The notes beneath the pieces are model-generated. The model made no database searches, had not been told where the DNA came from, and was given only the letters and a program-made list of their open reading frames with translations. A stretch of 63,898 nt of DNA, filler included, from Blastocystis sp. subtype 4 (Eukaryota), in assembly GCF_000743755.1 (NCBI RefSeq). It is 3 parts of 3 records of this genome, joined end to end, with 100 filler letters (N's around TTAATTAATTAA, not from the genome) between each part and the next. Parts side by side here need not be neighbours in the genome. Positions count along the whole stretch, not along the records: positions 1 to 24,326 come from NW_014569344.1; positions 24,427 to 44,942 come from NW_014569343.1; 1 more part is not named here. One strand, 5' to 3'. Positions within the stretch are counted from its first letter, which is position 1; the number at the start of each line of letters is the position of its first letter. A program made the position numbers and the translations under genes. Positions 13,418-25,708 of the stretch are shown here, in pieces.

Positions 13418-15390
13418 ATGAATCTTCTTTTGAACATCTTGTTCATTTATTTCCTTCCACTTGTTATCTACACGATTGGAAAGAATGAATATGCAGAAAA
13501 TGCTGATGAACATCTGTTAAGTCAAAGGACTATTATTGATGAATCAGATGTGAGTATTTTCAGTATCTGAGTATTTTTGATTTCATATTGAAGATTGTTC
13601 AAGTACCATTGTCGAGATTGAGCTGTTAAGTGTATCCTGGGATTATTTCTTCGTTTTGATTCGTGGAAATGTCTTAAAAGGGCCATCAAAGCTTTATTTC
13701 CTCAAAACCTATTCAAATGTCAGTGTCGGTATTGACCTCATAGTAAGTCAAGGGAAATCTACGTTTGTTCCTTCAGGGACAGAATTTAAGATTAATGTAA
13801 GGACTCAAGGTGTCAATTCCATCTCTCTTCTTGCTGAAGATACTCTCACTCGTTGTAAATCTGCTATCATATCGATTCCCCTGTCCCAATTGTTGTCAAG
13901 TGAGGAATTGCAATCATGGGTCACATTCAGAAAGAAAAAGGAATTCACTTCATCTGTGGTCTCCTCAGTTGATAATTTCCAACTCAACCTGCTTTCTTTC
14001 CTGTTCCATTTCTGCTCCAGCTGATTTATACTTTCTGATTGAGAGAGAAACTGTTGCCCACAATTCATCTCTCGTAAAGGCTCCAGATGAAGTAAGACAG
14101 CTGGGCTTCTATGGAGGTCGTTTTGCTGATGAAGCTTCCTTCTATGTCGGTTCTCTTTCTCAGAATGGTCGTTTTCATATATGGATTACTCTACAAGCAG
14201 ATGCTGACCTAAGTGATGTTTACTTCTATGAATTCGCTATTCCTAGTTGATTTTTTTATGTCTGATTGATTGTAGAGTGCTTTTTTGACGGATCTGTGAT
14301 GCTACTCAGTAGCATGGAGAATGATCGGGGTGTGTTGGGGCTTTCTGTGGAAGTATACACAGAAACATTCCCAGCAAATCTATTCATTCTTGCAGAACCT
14401 CGAGATAAACATGGAACACGACCTTCTGCAGATGAAGTTGTTTCCCGCGGAACTCATTACACAATCGAATCATCACGGGTGGCTGATCTTACTGTATGGA
14501 TAGACTTGTGATGATAATAATAGTTTGATTCTGGACTTGAGGGGAATCAGATTCTCTGGATCGTGTTGGGTTCGATTGATAATGAATGTATCTCCAACGT
14601 ATTTCGTTTTACTCATACGACTACTGGTACTATCATCATGATTCGTTGACCGATAGCATCGACTGACGTTTTCTCTATGTCTTCCTTGCTAATTACTCCA
14701 CTCTTTCTATCTGAGTCAAATACTACAGTTCTGGATCTCTATCGAGTAGTAGGCGTGATCCAACTTGCTGGCCCTATTTCAACATCTGTTTGTGATGTTT
14801 ATTACTCCTTTTCCCGTCAGTCACCAATTCCAATTCCAGATCGTATTTCTGTTTCTACTCATGTGTATCTTGACATCCTTTCGTTCTCCTTTTTGGTGAA
14901 AGCAACAGATCTAGAAGGTGTTGATGATCCAGCTGTGATGCATGTTACAGCTGAAGCTAGTTTGGATACCCAGAGTCATCGATTTGTTGAACGGGGAGAG
15001 TTTCATTATTGTGCTCAATTTGTTATGAATTTAGAGATTGAGCCTTCGAAAGAGCTAGATTCGCACACTGTATGAAGAGAGAGTGGTTTGTTATATAGAT
15101 GGTTGTCCATGGGAATGTCACTGAAATAGCGGAAGTGATTCAGTTCTCCTCTTCAACGCTTTTAGTGAAGGAGGTAGATGCAATAACGACCCTAATGAAA
15201 GGAGAATCGTTGCTATTTGAAAAACATCAGTATTTTGTAGTCAATGTAGATGTGTGTTTTCTTGGTTTCATTTAGATTGATCGTTCTACAAACAACTATG
15301 TATACTTTTTAGCAAGAAGAGGAGATTGTCTTTCAACAGTGATATGTGTGGATGTACAGTCTTCTAGTTTTTGTAATCTATCAGCTGTTT
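13418..15390 (+). CDS. Hypothetical secreted or membrane protein, beta-rich, multi-exon; 3' end approximate
   Basis: Hydrophobic N-terminus MNLLLNILFIYFLPLVIY; chain of plus-strand ORFs separated by ~30-nt GT-AG introns. Confidence 0.5.
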
Positions 15391-15406
15391 CAATTAAACA
15401 CTTTCA

Positions 15407-16514
15407 TTATTGTTGTTTACGTCTCTTCTCTTTCATACTACAACTACAGCCTTGTCTCTTCGTACTCTTCTTCTCCTCTTCTTCTCCTTCCTGATTCTCC
15501 TCCTCTTCTTCCTCTTCTTCTTCATCCTCAGAACAAGTATCACACTCAGAACCACATTCAGAATCACAGTCTGAATGACCAAACCCTGATAATGTGTGCA
15601 TAATTGTCATAAACAGTTCTTCAAACGATATTCCATCATTCTCTACACACTATCTGTCATCTATTCAATTAATTAGTACATGATCACTAGCTTCCATGGC
15701 ATGATCCAGATAATCTACAATCATGGACACTTCTTTATCCTCCTTATTCTCACACTCCTCAATTGATTTAGTAAGTGTCTCAACGGTAGATAATAAGTGG
15801 TCGTCGTCCAATTGATTACACAACTTACTATCAACCATTTGTAACTTCGCTGCTTGACTCAATGCCAGATGCAAGAAGCCAATATAAGCCTCATGGAAGT
15901 ATTCTGCTGCCTTTGCACTTAATTCTTCACATTTCTTGCGATCACTCTCTGGGACCTTATCAGTGTCATATTCACCAGGCTCATTCTTTTCTAAAACTGT
16001 TGCAGCAATTCCAAGAGCAGCATTATGATAAGCAGTACCCAAAAAGGTTCTAGCTGCATTTATCTCTTCTTCATCATTCAGATTCTTGACCTCCTCATAG
16101 TATTTTTTGGCATATTCCAAGCTACCCTCGTAATCCTGGAGATAGGCACATAATTGATCCAATGTATCATACAGTTTAATTCCTTCCAGTCTCAACGCTT
16201 CCTTATCCTGGCAATACTTTTGAACATGTCCCACAAGAACTTTTAAGTCCTTAACCAAATCGTTGAATGACTCCGTTTCAAGCATTCCTTTGTCTTCTGT
16301 AACAGCAACAAAATATTCCACTACTTGTCGCAACATCTCAGGGCAGTTTTCATCAACATCATATTGGCTACAGTTAAAACAGTGACATATTAATACTTCT
16401 TTTGAAGATCACGGACACTATCTAAAAAGTCATCTGGCTTATTATTCTCAGCAAGCTCTAACAGGGACTCGAGTTTATCAGATAGCAGCACTATTTCTTA
16501 CTGTTAGAATCCAT
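15407..16514 (-). CDS. TPR-like helical protein with an acidic C-terminal tract (possibly NASP/SHNi-TPR histone chaperone-like)
   Basis: LYDTLDQLCAYLQDYEGSLEYAKKYY and FLGTAYHNAA helical repeats; poly-E tail followed by a basic patch (EKRRK). Confidence 0.45.
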
Positions 16515-16641
16515 TCTTACTCTAAAAGACAACAACAAAAAGAATGAATGGAATCTAAGTACCGTAGTATAAGTCTTGATTTGAAAGAGGTCGCGTGTTC
16601 AGGAATCGATGAAAACCCCGAGCAATTGAATCTACTTCATA

Positions 16642-19600
16642 ATGTTTCGAAAGGATCGTTTGTCATTGTTGCTGAGACACCAGCAAGAGAATTATAAGAG
16701 CACAACTCCCGAACCTCCACCTCGAGATGATGAACGAGTTTCTTATTCTACAACAAAGAGTATGGTAGTACTGGACCCTGATAGTATTGTATTCGAACCG
16801 TATGTGTCTTCATCGTCTTCAGCGAGCGATAATGATTCGTTATCTGAAGAAGTTGTTCCTGTAAGTGATTTCAAATTGATTGATGTTTAGATTAATGTAG
16901 ATAATCTGGAGCAACTCGACTTGGATTCTGATTTTAGTATTCAGACTTCGGGACCGATTTCTCCTCACATTTGTGACGTTTAGAAATGATATATTCTTGA
17001 TTTTTAGGAAGATATCAAGAAATACGAACACTTGCCGTATTTTCCGGTTCTAAAACAGACTATCTTCTTTGATACAATTTTCAGTAGCGATGAACGTGAT
17101 TCCATAATGCAGAATTTTGTCCAGGTGAACTATCCGAAGGATGCAATTCTGTTTTCTCAAGGAGAACTTCCTGGATATCTCTATATTGTTGTGGATGGTA
17201 CAGTAGAGTACATCCAGACAGACGTTAAGGGCAATTCGAATACACTTCAGCGATTGTATTATCTGTTTCCAATTATGATTATAGATATACAGGATCTGTG
17301 ATTGGTGAAGCTGATATCTATAACAATAATCGTTACGAATACTATTGTGTCACTTGTGAATCTGTATTCATTCTTTCCATCTCTCACATATAGGTTGTTG
17401 TATTACGTTTGACAACTGCTTTTGTAAAACAATTGATTTCAGAGAATCATCGATATGAGCTTGTATTTAAGTGATGTTCGTATAATCACTAGTATGTATG
17501 TCGCTCTCTCTGTTCGCGCAATTGGAAACAAATGATGTGGATAAATAGCATTCTCCAAGGAAAGAATGAAGAAAAGGAAATGACATTGGGAGCCGGGCAA
17601 CAGCGTAGGCCTCGGAAAAGTCCTGTTCGTCGTACATTGAATGTAGGGTTGAATGAAGAAACTGATCATTAGTTGGTCATTCGTGAAGATGAACAATTGA
17701 ATGTATGGATTAATCAATATATGCTTTTAAAAGAGATTTCTGTTGGAATCAATAGTCGTGTAGGAGTGAGAGAAGGATCTGAGATTCAGATTTACACATG
17801 CTTATCAAAATCTGATCAACAGTACTATGCACTGAAGTCTATCAACAAGCATATGAAATCCATTAAGAACAGTAGTCGATTGTATCGATTCTGGGGTAAC
17901 AATGCGATTGATGTGAGACATTTTCGTAATTCATAATTTCTAGTCCCTGCGAACTGAAGCTAATATTCTAAATGATTTAAACCATCCAAATATTGTCCAA
18001 TTGGTTGAAGTGATGGTTGACAATAAAATGAACGATTTCATCCTAGTGGAAGAATTGATTCCTGGCCGTATTGTTATGGAGGAATCACTGTAAGAATTCA
18101 TTTCATTCTTCTTATCAGAGCCCCACAACCACCGATCCCTATTATGAAAGCTATTCAGATTTTCCGTGGGATTTTGAAAGGTGTTTTTTATTTGCATTCC
18201 CGCGGGATTGTTCATGGTGACCTGAAAGTGAGTAATGTGATGGTTGAAAACACATGGGAAGAGTTACCCAACGACATTAATATAGGCTCTATCTGTGAGG
18301 CTCCAAGTACTCCATCCCTCTCAGGACCAGGATCCCCATTTCTTGATAGTTTTGGTGGAGAGTCGCCTTGGTCTCCAAAGCCTATTTATGTGATGGAGAA
18401 GAAAGATGAAGAGAAGGATCATTCCACTCTTTGTGATCACCGATTCGAGGGGTAGGAGAAGAGATAGTAATGAGATTCAGGGAGAAACCTCATGATCATC
18501 ATTTACGCCAATGCATTGCTGATATTCTGGAAGCCAATGAAAACCGGGTTCGAATTATAGATTTTGGAGTTGCTTATGATAGTACCAAGGGGTATAAATC
18601 AAAGATACAGGTGATTTATAGTGAGTCATCTATTTACGGGACTCCAATGAGTATGCCACCTGAAGTTTACAATGCAAATATTCTAACTACAGCTCGAGTC
18701 ACTCTTCGGAGACATTTGGGGCATCATGTGACACATCAAGACCTTAACAAAGCTTGTAACTTTGGAATGTGTCGTGATATTTGGTCTTTGGGTGTATTGT
18801 TGTATACAATGGTCACGGGAATTGCTCCATTTTATGGGGAGAATATAAAGAAGTTGAGTGAGAAGATTATGTTTTCAGAACCCGATTATGAGATACCAAC
18901 ATTACAACATGAATATGCGTTAAAAGACCTATTAAAACGAATGCTGTATTGAATGAATTAGAGCATATAGACTAGAGACAAGAATCCTTTAACAAGAATA
19001 TCATTAGAAGGTATCATTACTCATGAATGGGTATCTGTTGATGGATTCTATCCAATCAGTTTAAGTAATTGTAATCCAATCATTTAATCATAGCTAGTAC
19101 TTTTCAGATCCTAAAGGAAGAACAAGAAAAAACATCATCAGAACTTGATCAGTCTAATTTATCTCGGTATAAAGTCGTTTCAGATGATCGCCAAGAAGCC
19201 ATACGCAAGACAAGTGAACGACTTCAAAGTATTCTTCATGAATCTCATCATCAAATGGCTCGATCCAGTAGTTCACTTCTGAAGAATCATTCTAATTCTT
19301 CACTTGATTTGTACTCAATGGATACACGTTCTACCATTCATCCAGAACGATACACGGCTTCAGGTACTCTAACCAGCTATCTAAATGAACATGTTCTTTG
19401 TGATTCTCCTATACTGGAACCCAGTCTTGATCTTCCTGTGTCAATTGATCCTATGCCTTCTAATACTCGTCATACTCCTGATTTAACATTATTGCCCCAT
19501 CTCTTTCCTGAGAATGAGACTCCTTCTTCTCCTCGACACAGAAGTATCTTATCTCGTTCTGCTTCTCCTATTCATTCTCCTCCTAATCCACAGTCGAATC

Positions 19601-21476
19601 TTTGTCGATCATCGTGTCTCGACGAGTTGTTGAGTGCATCCAATTCAACTCATTCTCCTTCCTTTGATACCGTGTTCCCTCCTACTAGCACTGTTGATCC
19701 TTCGGTTCCTAGTGGGATTGGTCTTCAAACTGCCTTCTCTCTCTCCTCACGACCGTCTGAGACAGAGCGATATTCCAGTCCTCCCTCTCCTCGCATGAGT
19801 ATGTCACCTCATGTGTTGATAGGTCGAGGTGTTGTCTCATCATCTCTCAAAAGTGGTCTAAGCATTTTATCTCGAGGTCCAAGTGTTTCAAGTTATCTAG
19901 GTATTGAGAGTAGTCAAGACAGTTCTCCAAAAGCTCATTACGTAAAGAAGCTAACTCGATCTAGGTTGAATAAACATGTCATAATTACCATTAGGGGTTC
20001 TTTATCTCTGCCTTATTCAATGAATGGAGGATCCGCAGTTCATCAAAGATTTAATGAAACACAGGAATCTTCTCCATCTCGTTCTTCATCACAAAGTAGT
20101 TCATTTTTAAGTGATCCACCCAAACCACTTCAGATCATCTCATCACCAATTCAAGAAGGTATCAGAATAAACTTCTATTTATTTATAGACTCCAAATTAC
20201 GTCAGTTCACTGAATCTGAGTAGTAATTGTTTGTCCTGATAATTATAGTGATACGGATTATGGCGAAATGGAAGAAATCACTCATATTTTTGACAATTTG
20301 GAAACTCCTGAGGATTCTCCAGTAGCATTAGATGAAGAATTAGCTAAGGATTTTGAACCTCTCGGCCAAGGGGTATTACCTGTACGCACTGTCCAAGGGA
20401 ATATGGTTTGTTCTGAGATGCGTTTGGTATGTGCATTTGACAGTGATAAAGTTTGAATATGAGAGATGCTTGATGTTAAGAATGGTTGTGAAGCGATGGA
20501 GGATCGTATCTCGTTGTTACTCTCAACCCGAGGGATTGTGGATGACTTGTCCAATAGTGGTTCAAACAGTAGTATATTTTGTTTGTTCGATGGTAGGTTC
20601 TGGATTTCAGAGTTATCCAAAGGACATGGTGGTGATGGTTGTGTTGACTACATTAATAACAAATTTATAAGTACTTTGGTTGAAATTTGATTGTATGATT
20701 TACCATAGATATCACAGAAGACCTATTCAACAGATATTGTTACCGCGGTTGTTAACACATATGCCGAATTAGATCGTTCCTTTCTTGAAGTAGCAAGAGA
20801 GAATAAGATCTTCAGTGGGTGTACTTCAAATACTGTAATTCTGATTAAGTCGGTTTTAGGATGATTGTTCATTCATAGTACGAAATTTGAGAAAATGATA
20901 TATTGTGCCAACTGCGGTGATTCCCGTTCGGTTCTTTGTCGCAATGGGACCTGCATCGAATTGAATGTGTGTCATAATGTGAACAATGAGAAGGAAGTTC
21001 AGCGTATAAAAGATGCTGGAGGGTGTAAATCATTGGAATTTCTGAATTGTAGATACATAATGAATGATCGAGTTATGGGAATCATGCAAGTGACTCGGTC
21101 GATTGGAGATATTGAGTATAAGACAATGAAAGAATACTATTGGCATTCCGAATTCAAAGCTGATTTGATTACTTCAGTTCCAGATATTTGTAAGGAACAT
21201 CGAATGCGAGGAGTATCAAATAGATAATGATTCATTGGTAGGATGAGTTCATTATTATGGGAAGTGATGGTTTGTTTGATGTGATTCCACCTCAGGCCTG
21301 TGTGAATTTTGTTCGAAGACAACTCCATAAAGACAATAATCTGGATCGGTGTTGCCAAGGTAGGTACTTGTATCATCTTCAAACTAGAATTACTTAAACG
21401 GGCAAAGCGTTTGGGTTCTCATGACAATATCAGTGTTATTATTATCTATTTGAATTCGGGAAAACCAAACATGTAA
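16642..21476 (+). CDS. Multidomain signalling protein: cNMP-binding domain, CaMKK/GRIK-like Ser/Thr kinase, Ser/Pro linker, PP2C phosphatase; start uncertain
   Basis: cNMP: LFSQGELPGYLYIVVDGTV...GSVIGE. Kinase: INQYMLLKEI, YALK, HPNIV, HGDLKVSN, DFG, GTPMSMPPE, DIWSLGV. PP2C: MEDR, FDGHGG, ANCGDSR, TRSIGD, GSDGLFD, GSHDNISV. Domain junctions join in frame via ~30-nt introns. Confidence 0.8.
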
Positions 21477-21539
21477 TAAGGACCTATCTACTGTTTCTTA
21501 CAAACAATCTCAAATGCATCTTACTAATCAAGAACTCAT

Positions 21540-22014
21540 TTATGCCAGAATCTCATAAGGAAGAACATAAACTGTCTTGATGGGCTTGGTAGGAACCACA
21601 GTATGGCAAGCACGAGGTTGAGCAGGGATTCTCTTCAGGCACACCTTCTCTCCCTTGTTTTCACGCTTGATAGCCTCGTTCTTCTTTACACGGTTCAAGT
21701 GCTCCATTCTGCACTTAGAAGGTCTCACATGCTCAACCTTCACATGGATTCTCTTCTTGATGATGCGATTTCTCACCTGTTTGTTCACTTCCACACCCAC
21801 AGCAGTCTTAGTCACATCAAATACCACTCCAGTGCGTCCATGGTAACCCTTGAACGGCATACCCTTATGGATGGAGCCATTGGCCTTAATATCGACATAG
21901 TCTCCATACTTGTAACAACGCATGTAAGTAGAGAGAGGAATCACTCCATGATCAACGGAAGTCTCTCTTGAACATGTGGCGAGTACGAGCACGATATCCG
22001 TTAGCGTGAGGCAT
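21540..22014 (-). CDS. RPL21: 60S ribosomal protein eL21, with an apparent 1-nt insertion near codon 21
   Basis: [20 protein letters not shown], then in a shifted frame [42 protein letters not shown]. Confidence 0.95.
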
Positions 22015-22017
22015 TGT

Positions 22018-22128
22018 CTACAGGATCGTTAGTCATATCTGATTGGTATAAAGCAAACAAAACAGATGTCAATAGAATGTAGCGGAAAATATTAAAAACG
22101 ACACAAAGACACGAACAGAATCACCTAC
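22018..22128 (-). other. Candidate 5'-UTR intron of RPL21 (111 nt)
   Basis: GTAGGT donor, TGACTAAC branch point, and CTGTAG acceptor 3 nt before the ATG. Confidence 0.6.
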
Positions 22129-22288
22129 AATTCTTAGTAAGAGCAAACAATGTATATAGGTGGATAAAACGAGGACAATAACCGTGTGGGGCAAAAGAAA
22201 TCCAGGGGTAAATGCTACTCAAAAAACAACTCAAATTAGTAAAAGATTACAAATATCTGTTTCCATACGTTGCTATATCACAAATCTA

Positions 22289-23540
22289 TTATGGGAGTGG
22301 ATAACAGACGACCGAGTGATGATTCCTCTTGGGAGGTTTCATCCAAGGTAAATTACAAACCCACGAAGCAGACGTAAACACTTCATAATGACAATGGATG
22401 GTTTCTACGACTGTGTCAACACCCATGGCACCAGATGGACATACAAGATGGACATTAGTAGTTCGGTTTCTTCCAGTTGTCGCACACTCATCTCCCTACA
22501 TGTCACAAGAACGAACGAGTGCATACATTGGTATAAACCATATTTACATAGGACTCCTGAGGATCTGAAGGCGAGAATACACGAACAATTCCATAACCTT
22601 GAGCCAAAGTCGCTTCTTCATCATAGAAACCTAAATTGAACCTGAGTGTCATAAACAATACTTAGACATACGATAAATCTGCAGATATTAGTTTCTGTGT
22701 GATATTCACCTTGTGGTAGACGGAATAGAGCCAATTATCAGACTTCTAGAAGTAATGCCTCCCTTCCTATCTTACAATGGAGACCTTTTGAATATCCGCA
22801 CTTTTTGTCATTCGTCGTCGAATCTCAGTGAAGGCAGCCTCTTCCTCTTGGGTAATACAGAAGGCATCACTTTGAATAGAAAGACTTAACGATTCAGGGA
22901 GAAGAGAGTCGATTTCAAGAGAAAATGGGATAGACTCAACTACATTACAGAGGAAAAGAGGAAGTACTTGGAGTATGTGTCATTACAAGAGATCGAAAGC
23001 ATTTGTATGTTGCTATAACCTTTTGAATATTATTAACCCCACTGCTGTAAATGAAATACTCAGACATCTTGGCTGTAGTTGAAATACTATCTCCAAAACG
23101 ATTATTTCCATGATGAGATGAATCAATTAAAAAGAAGGTCTTCTATACGCTGATGTAGTAATAAAACAACAACTTCCTGTGATTTTGTTATTAGTGTAAC
23201 ATTAACGCCCGGACAAATCTGAACAGTACCATAGTCACCAGATCCCATATAACACTGGCTTTGGGTTCGATTATATGATACCATTGTTAGTGGAAGTGTT
23301 TCTTTATTTTCATCTTTCACAACACTAGTACAGTTGTACCTAATGATAGTCAAACAGCACTATGACTTACTTCACTCGTTTCTTTGTCATTAAATATGAT
23401 GGGCCAGAGCCCTCCGTTATTAGTTTTGTTGCTTCCTCTTCACTCACTGTAACAACATCAATAACATCTTGTTCGCCTAGAAATTGATACTTTGCAGTAG
23501 TACAAAAGAGAATTGATAGACAGAATACTAAGTACATCAT
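22289..23540 (-). CDS. ER lectin-like protein with an MRH (OS-9/PRKCSH-like) domain
   Basis: Signal peptide MMYLVFCLSILFCTT; last exon GDECATTGRNRTTNVHLVC...VVETIHCHYEVFTSASWVC fits the MRH Cys/Arg/Glu/Tyr pattern. Confidence 0.6.
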
Positions 23541-23970
23541 GATTGTGATTGTCGATAATCTTCAATATTATCATTCTATGTAATAGGTACAAAATAATAG
23601 AGACATTTTAGCGATACAAAGTGGAATAGTGTTGACATGGACAGTCTAGTGTCTATTGTTTTGTTGGTGCTGGTAATATCAAATACGGTAGCGACTTGAA
23701 CTCGAAGAGGTTTCATTGATGAGAATAGGATAATTTTCGATAATGCTAATATGGACCATAATAAAAATAAATGAAGTTGATAAAACTGCTATTATTGGGA
23801 CATATTGATTATAAACACCAAATCTAGAATGATTAGGGCCATAGCATTTATCTCTTTGCATTCTTATCCAGTGTTGAATATCTGGAATCTGGATTTCTAT
23901 ATTTTGAAAGGAGATTTTCTGTTTTCTCGTTCTGTTTATTGAATATAGAAAGAAGATACAAATATAAGGA

Positions 23971-24326
23971 ATGCAACAACAGTAAGGGAGTTGATTGTAA
24001 ATAATAGGTAGACAACCAGGAATGATGAATTCAACTGGAATGATGAGTATGGGTACCGGTACGACTCCGAATGGAGGAATGATGGGTCCGAGACCAAATC
24101 TACCTATGAAACCAAATAGTTTGACTCCACGTCCAATGGTACCTCCTAAGCCTACTATGCAAGGTCAAGGACCTAGACCTATGATGCCTCCTAAGCCTAT
24201 ACAAGGAACTGGAAATGATCCTTTCGCTACTACTCCTCAACAACGAATGTTCTATCAGAATCTGTTCATTCAATTGGATAAGGACAAAGATCACAAAGTG
24301 AAACATGATGAAGTGATTGCTTATCA
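23971..24326 (+). CDS. EH-domain (EF-hand) endocytic adaptor, Eps15/Pan1-like; truncated by the gap
   Basis: M/P/G-rich N-terminus, then FATTPQQRMFYQNLFIQLDKDKDHKV. Confidence 0.6.
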
Positions 24327-24426
24327 NNNNNNNNNNNNNNNNNNNNNNNNNNNNNNNNNNNNNNNNNNNNTTAATTAATTAANNNNNNNNNNNNNNNNNN
24401 NNNNNNNNNNNNNNNNNNNNNNNNNN
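24327..24426. other. Artificial contig linker (N-run, TTAATTAATTAA, N-run)
   Basis: Six-frame stop spacer flanked by Ns; identical structure at 44943-45042. Confidence 0.95.
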
Positions 24427-25136
24427 TTCATTTCTATTGACTCCAACTCATAATCATCCAGATATCTCTCTTCTGACTTCAATACACTCAATTCGATATT
24501 GTTTCCAATCATTCTATGAACAATTTATTACCCTTCATTTTAATGAAATCATAATGAATATGAGATGGAAGTGGCTTGACAGTGATTATCACTCATTCTA
24601 TCCATATTCTAATATTCTATTCATATTCATCATTCCATTCCATTCATCATATTCAATCCTCTCACAATCAATCTGTTCATCTTATCATTCATTCCCGTGA
24701 TTCTAATCAGTTTCTATCATTTCACATTACAATCAATCAAATACCATTCCTATCATCTTTCAATCAATTTAAACTCATTCAACAAATAATCAGTACCACT
24801 TATTATGTTCCTTCAGTTCCATTTGTATGAATCAACTAAGTATCAATCAAGAATTGTAGATATGGACTTGTTCTAACTAGTATTTTATGCTGACCTTCTT
24901 TTACCTTACCTAGTTCTATCTTTGTGATAATCCTGAACTGTTAATTCCTTACACCAAGTGAATCACTCTAACATGAAATACTTGCTACTAGTCAATAAGA
25001 GTCAGTAGCACGAAGAACGAATTCCCGTGGGCTCCTTATATGAGTACATGCCAATAACCAGCCTATGATTTCCACATTTCCCTTTTCCCTTTCTGTCATT
25101 GTTTCGTTTCTCTATTCTTGAGATACTTATTTGAAA

Positions 25137-25627
25137 ATGAAGTGGCTTCGACCCACTATTGTAAAACTGAATAATCTTCGCGCTTTCCCTTCTCTCTATC
25201 GTGGTTATGCAGACACTCGAGTAGTTTTCATTAGATTGGCACTAATTAGTAGATTTTGGCCCGAAATATTCCACGCCCTTCTGCTGAAACTGTGTTCCCT
25301 GGTGATCTTGTTGTGTGTTTGAATCCTTGGGAAGAGGGCAAATTGTTAGTGCGTCGTGTTAAGCAAATTACCCAGATTGGGGATTCGATTGATGCTGCTG
25401 TGGCTTGGGTATCTTCGGAAACTGTGAACGGAGGAATTGACAGTAAAGTATTTGGTCCCATTCCTGTTCAGTCGATTCTTGCGCGTGCTTGTTACTTCTA
25501 TAACGACAAACAGGTATTCTTTTAGTGTTGGTATGAGGAATAGAATCATGGTCCTATTCAGAATAACGAGCAATCACTCCCATTTGATCGCGTTTACATT
25601 TCCCATGGTGAACATTTTTTCCAATGA
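25137..25627 (+). CDS. Peptidase S26/IMP-like protein, probably non-catalytic
   Basis: VFPGDLVVCLNP...LLVRRV...WV...DSKVFGPIP...NHGPIQN; the GxSM serine is absent and the catalytic Lys position is Arg. Confidence 0.65.
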
Positions 25628-25708
25628 CTTGCGCTTATGTTCTTAGTAGTCCCGTAATTAGTTTTTCCTGTTTGTTTGAATTACGAGTATAGTTTGAAGA
25701 AACAATCA

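Noticed and set aside
24371..24382. Palindromic TTAATTAATTAA inside N-runs (also 44987-44998)
   Set aside because: Artificial six-frame-stop contig spacer, not biology; gene order across it is unreliable
24427..24900. His/Ile/Ser-rich ORFs at the contig start
   Set aside because: AT-rich low-complexity sequence with no recognisable motif
25514..25543. GTATTCTTT donor as a second U12 intron (also GTATTTCTT near 61447)
   Set aside because: Imperfect donor, normal ~30-nt length and, for 25514, no CCTTAAC-like branch site
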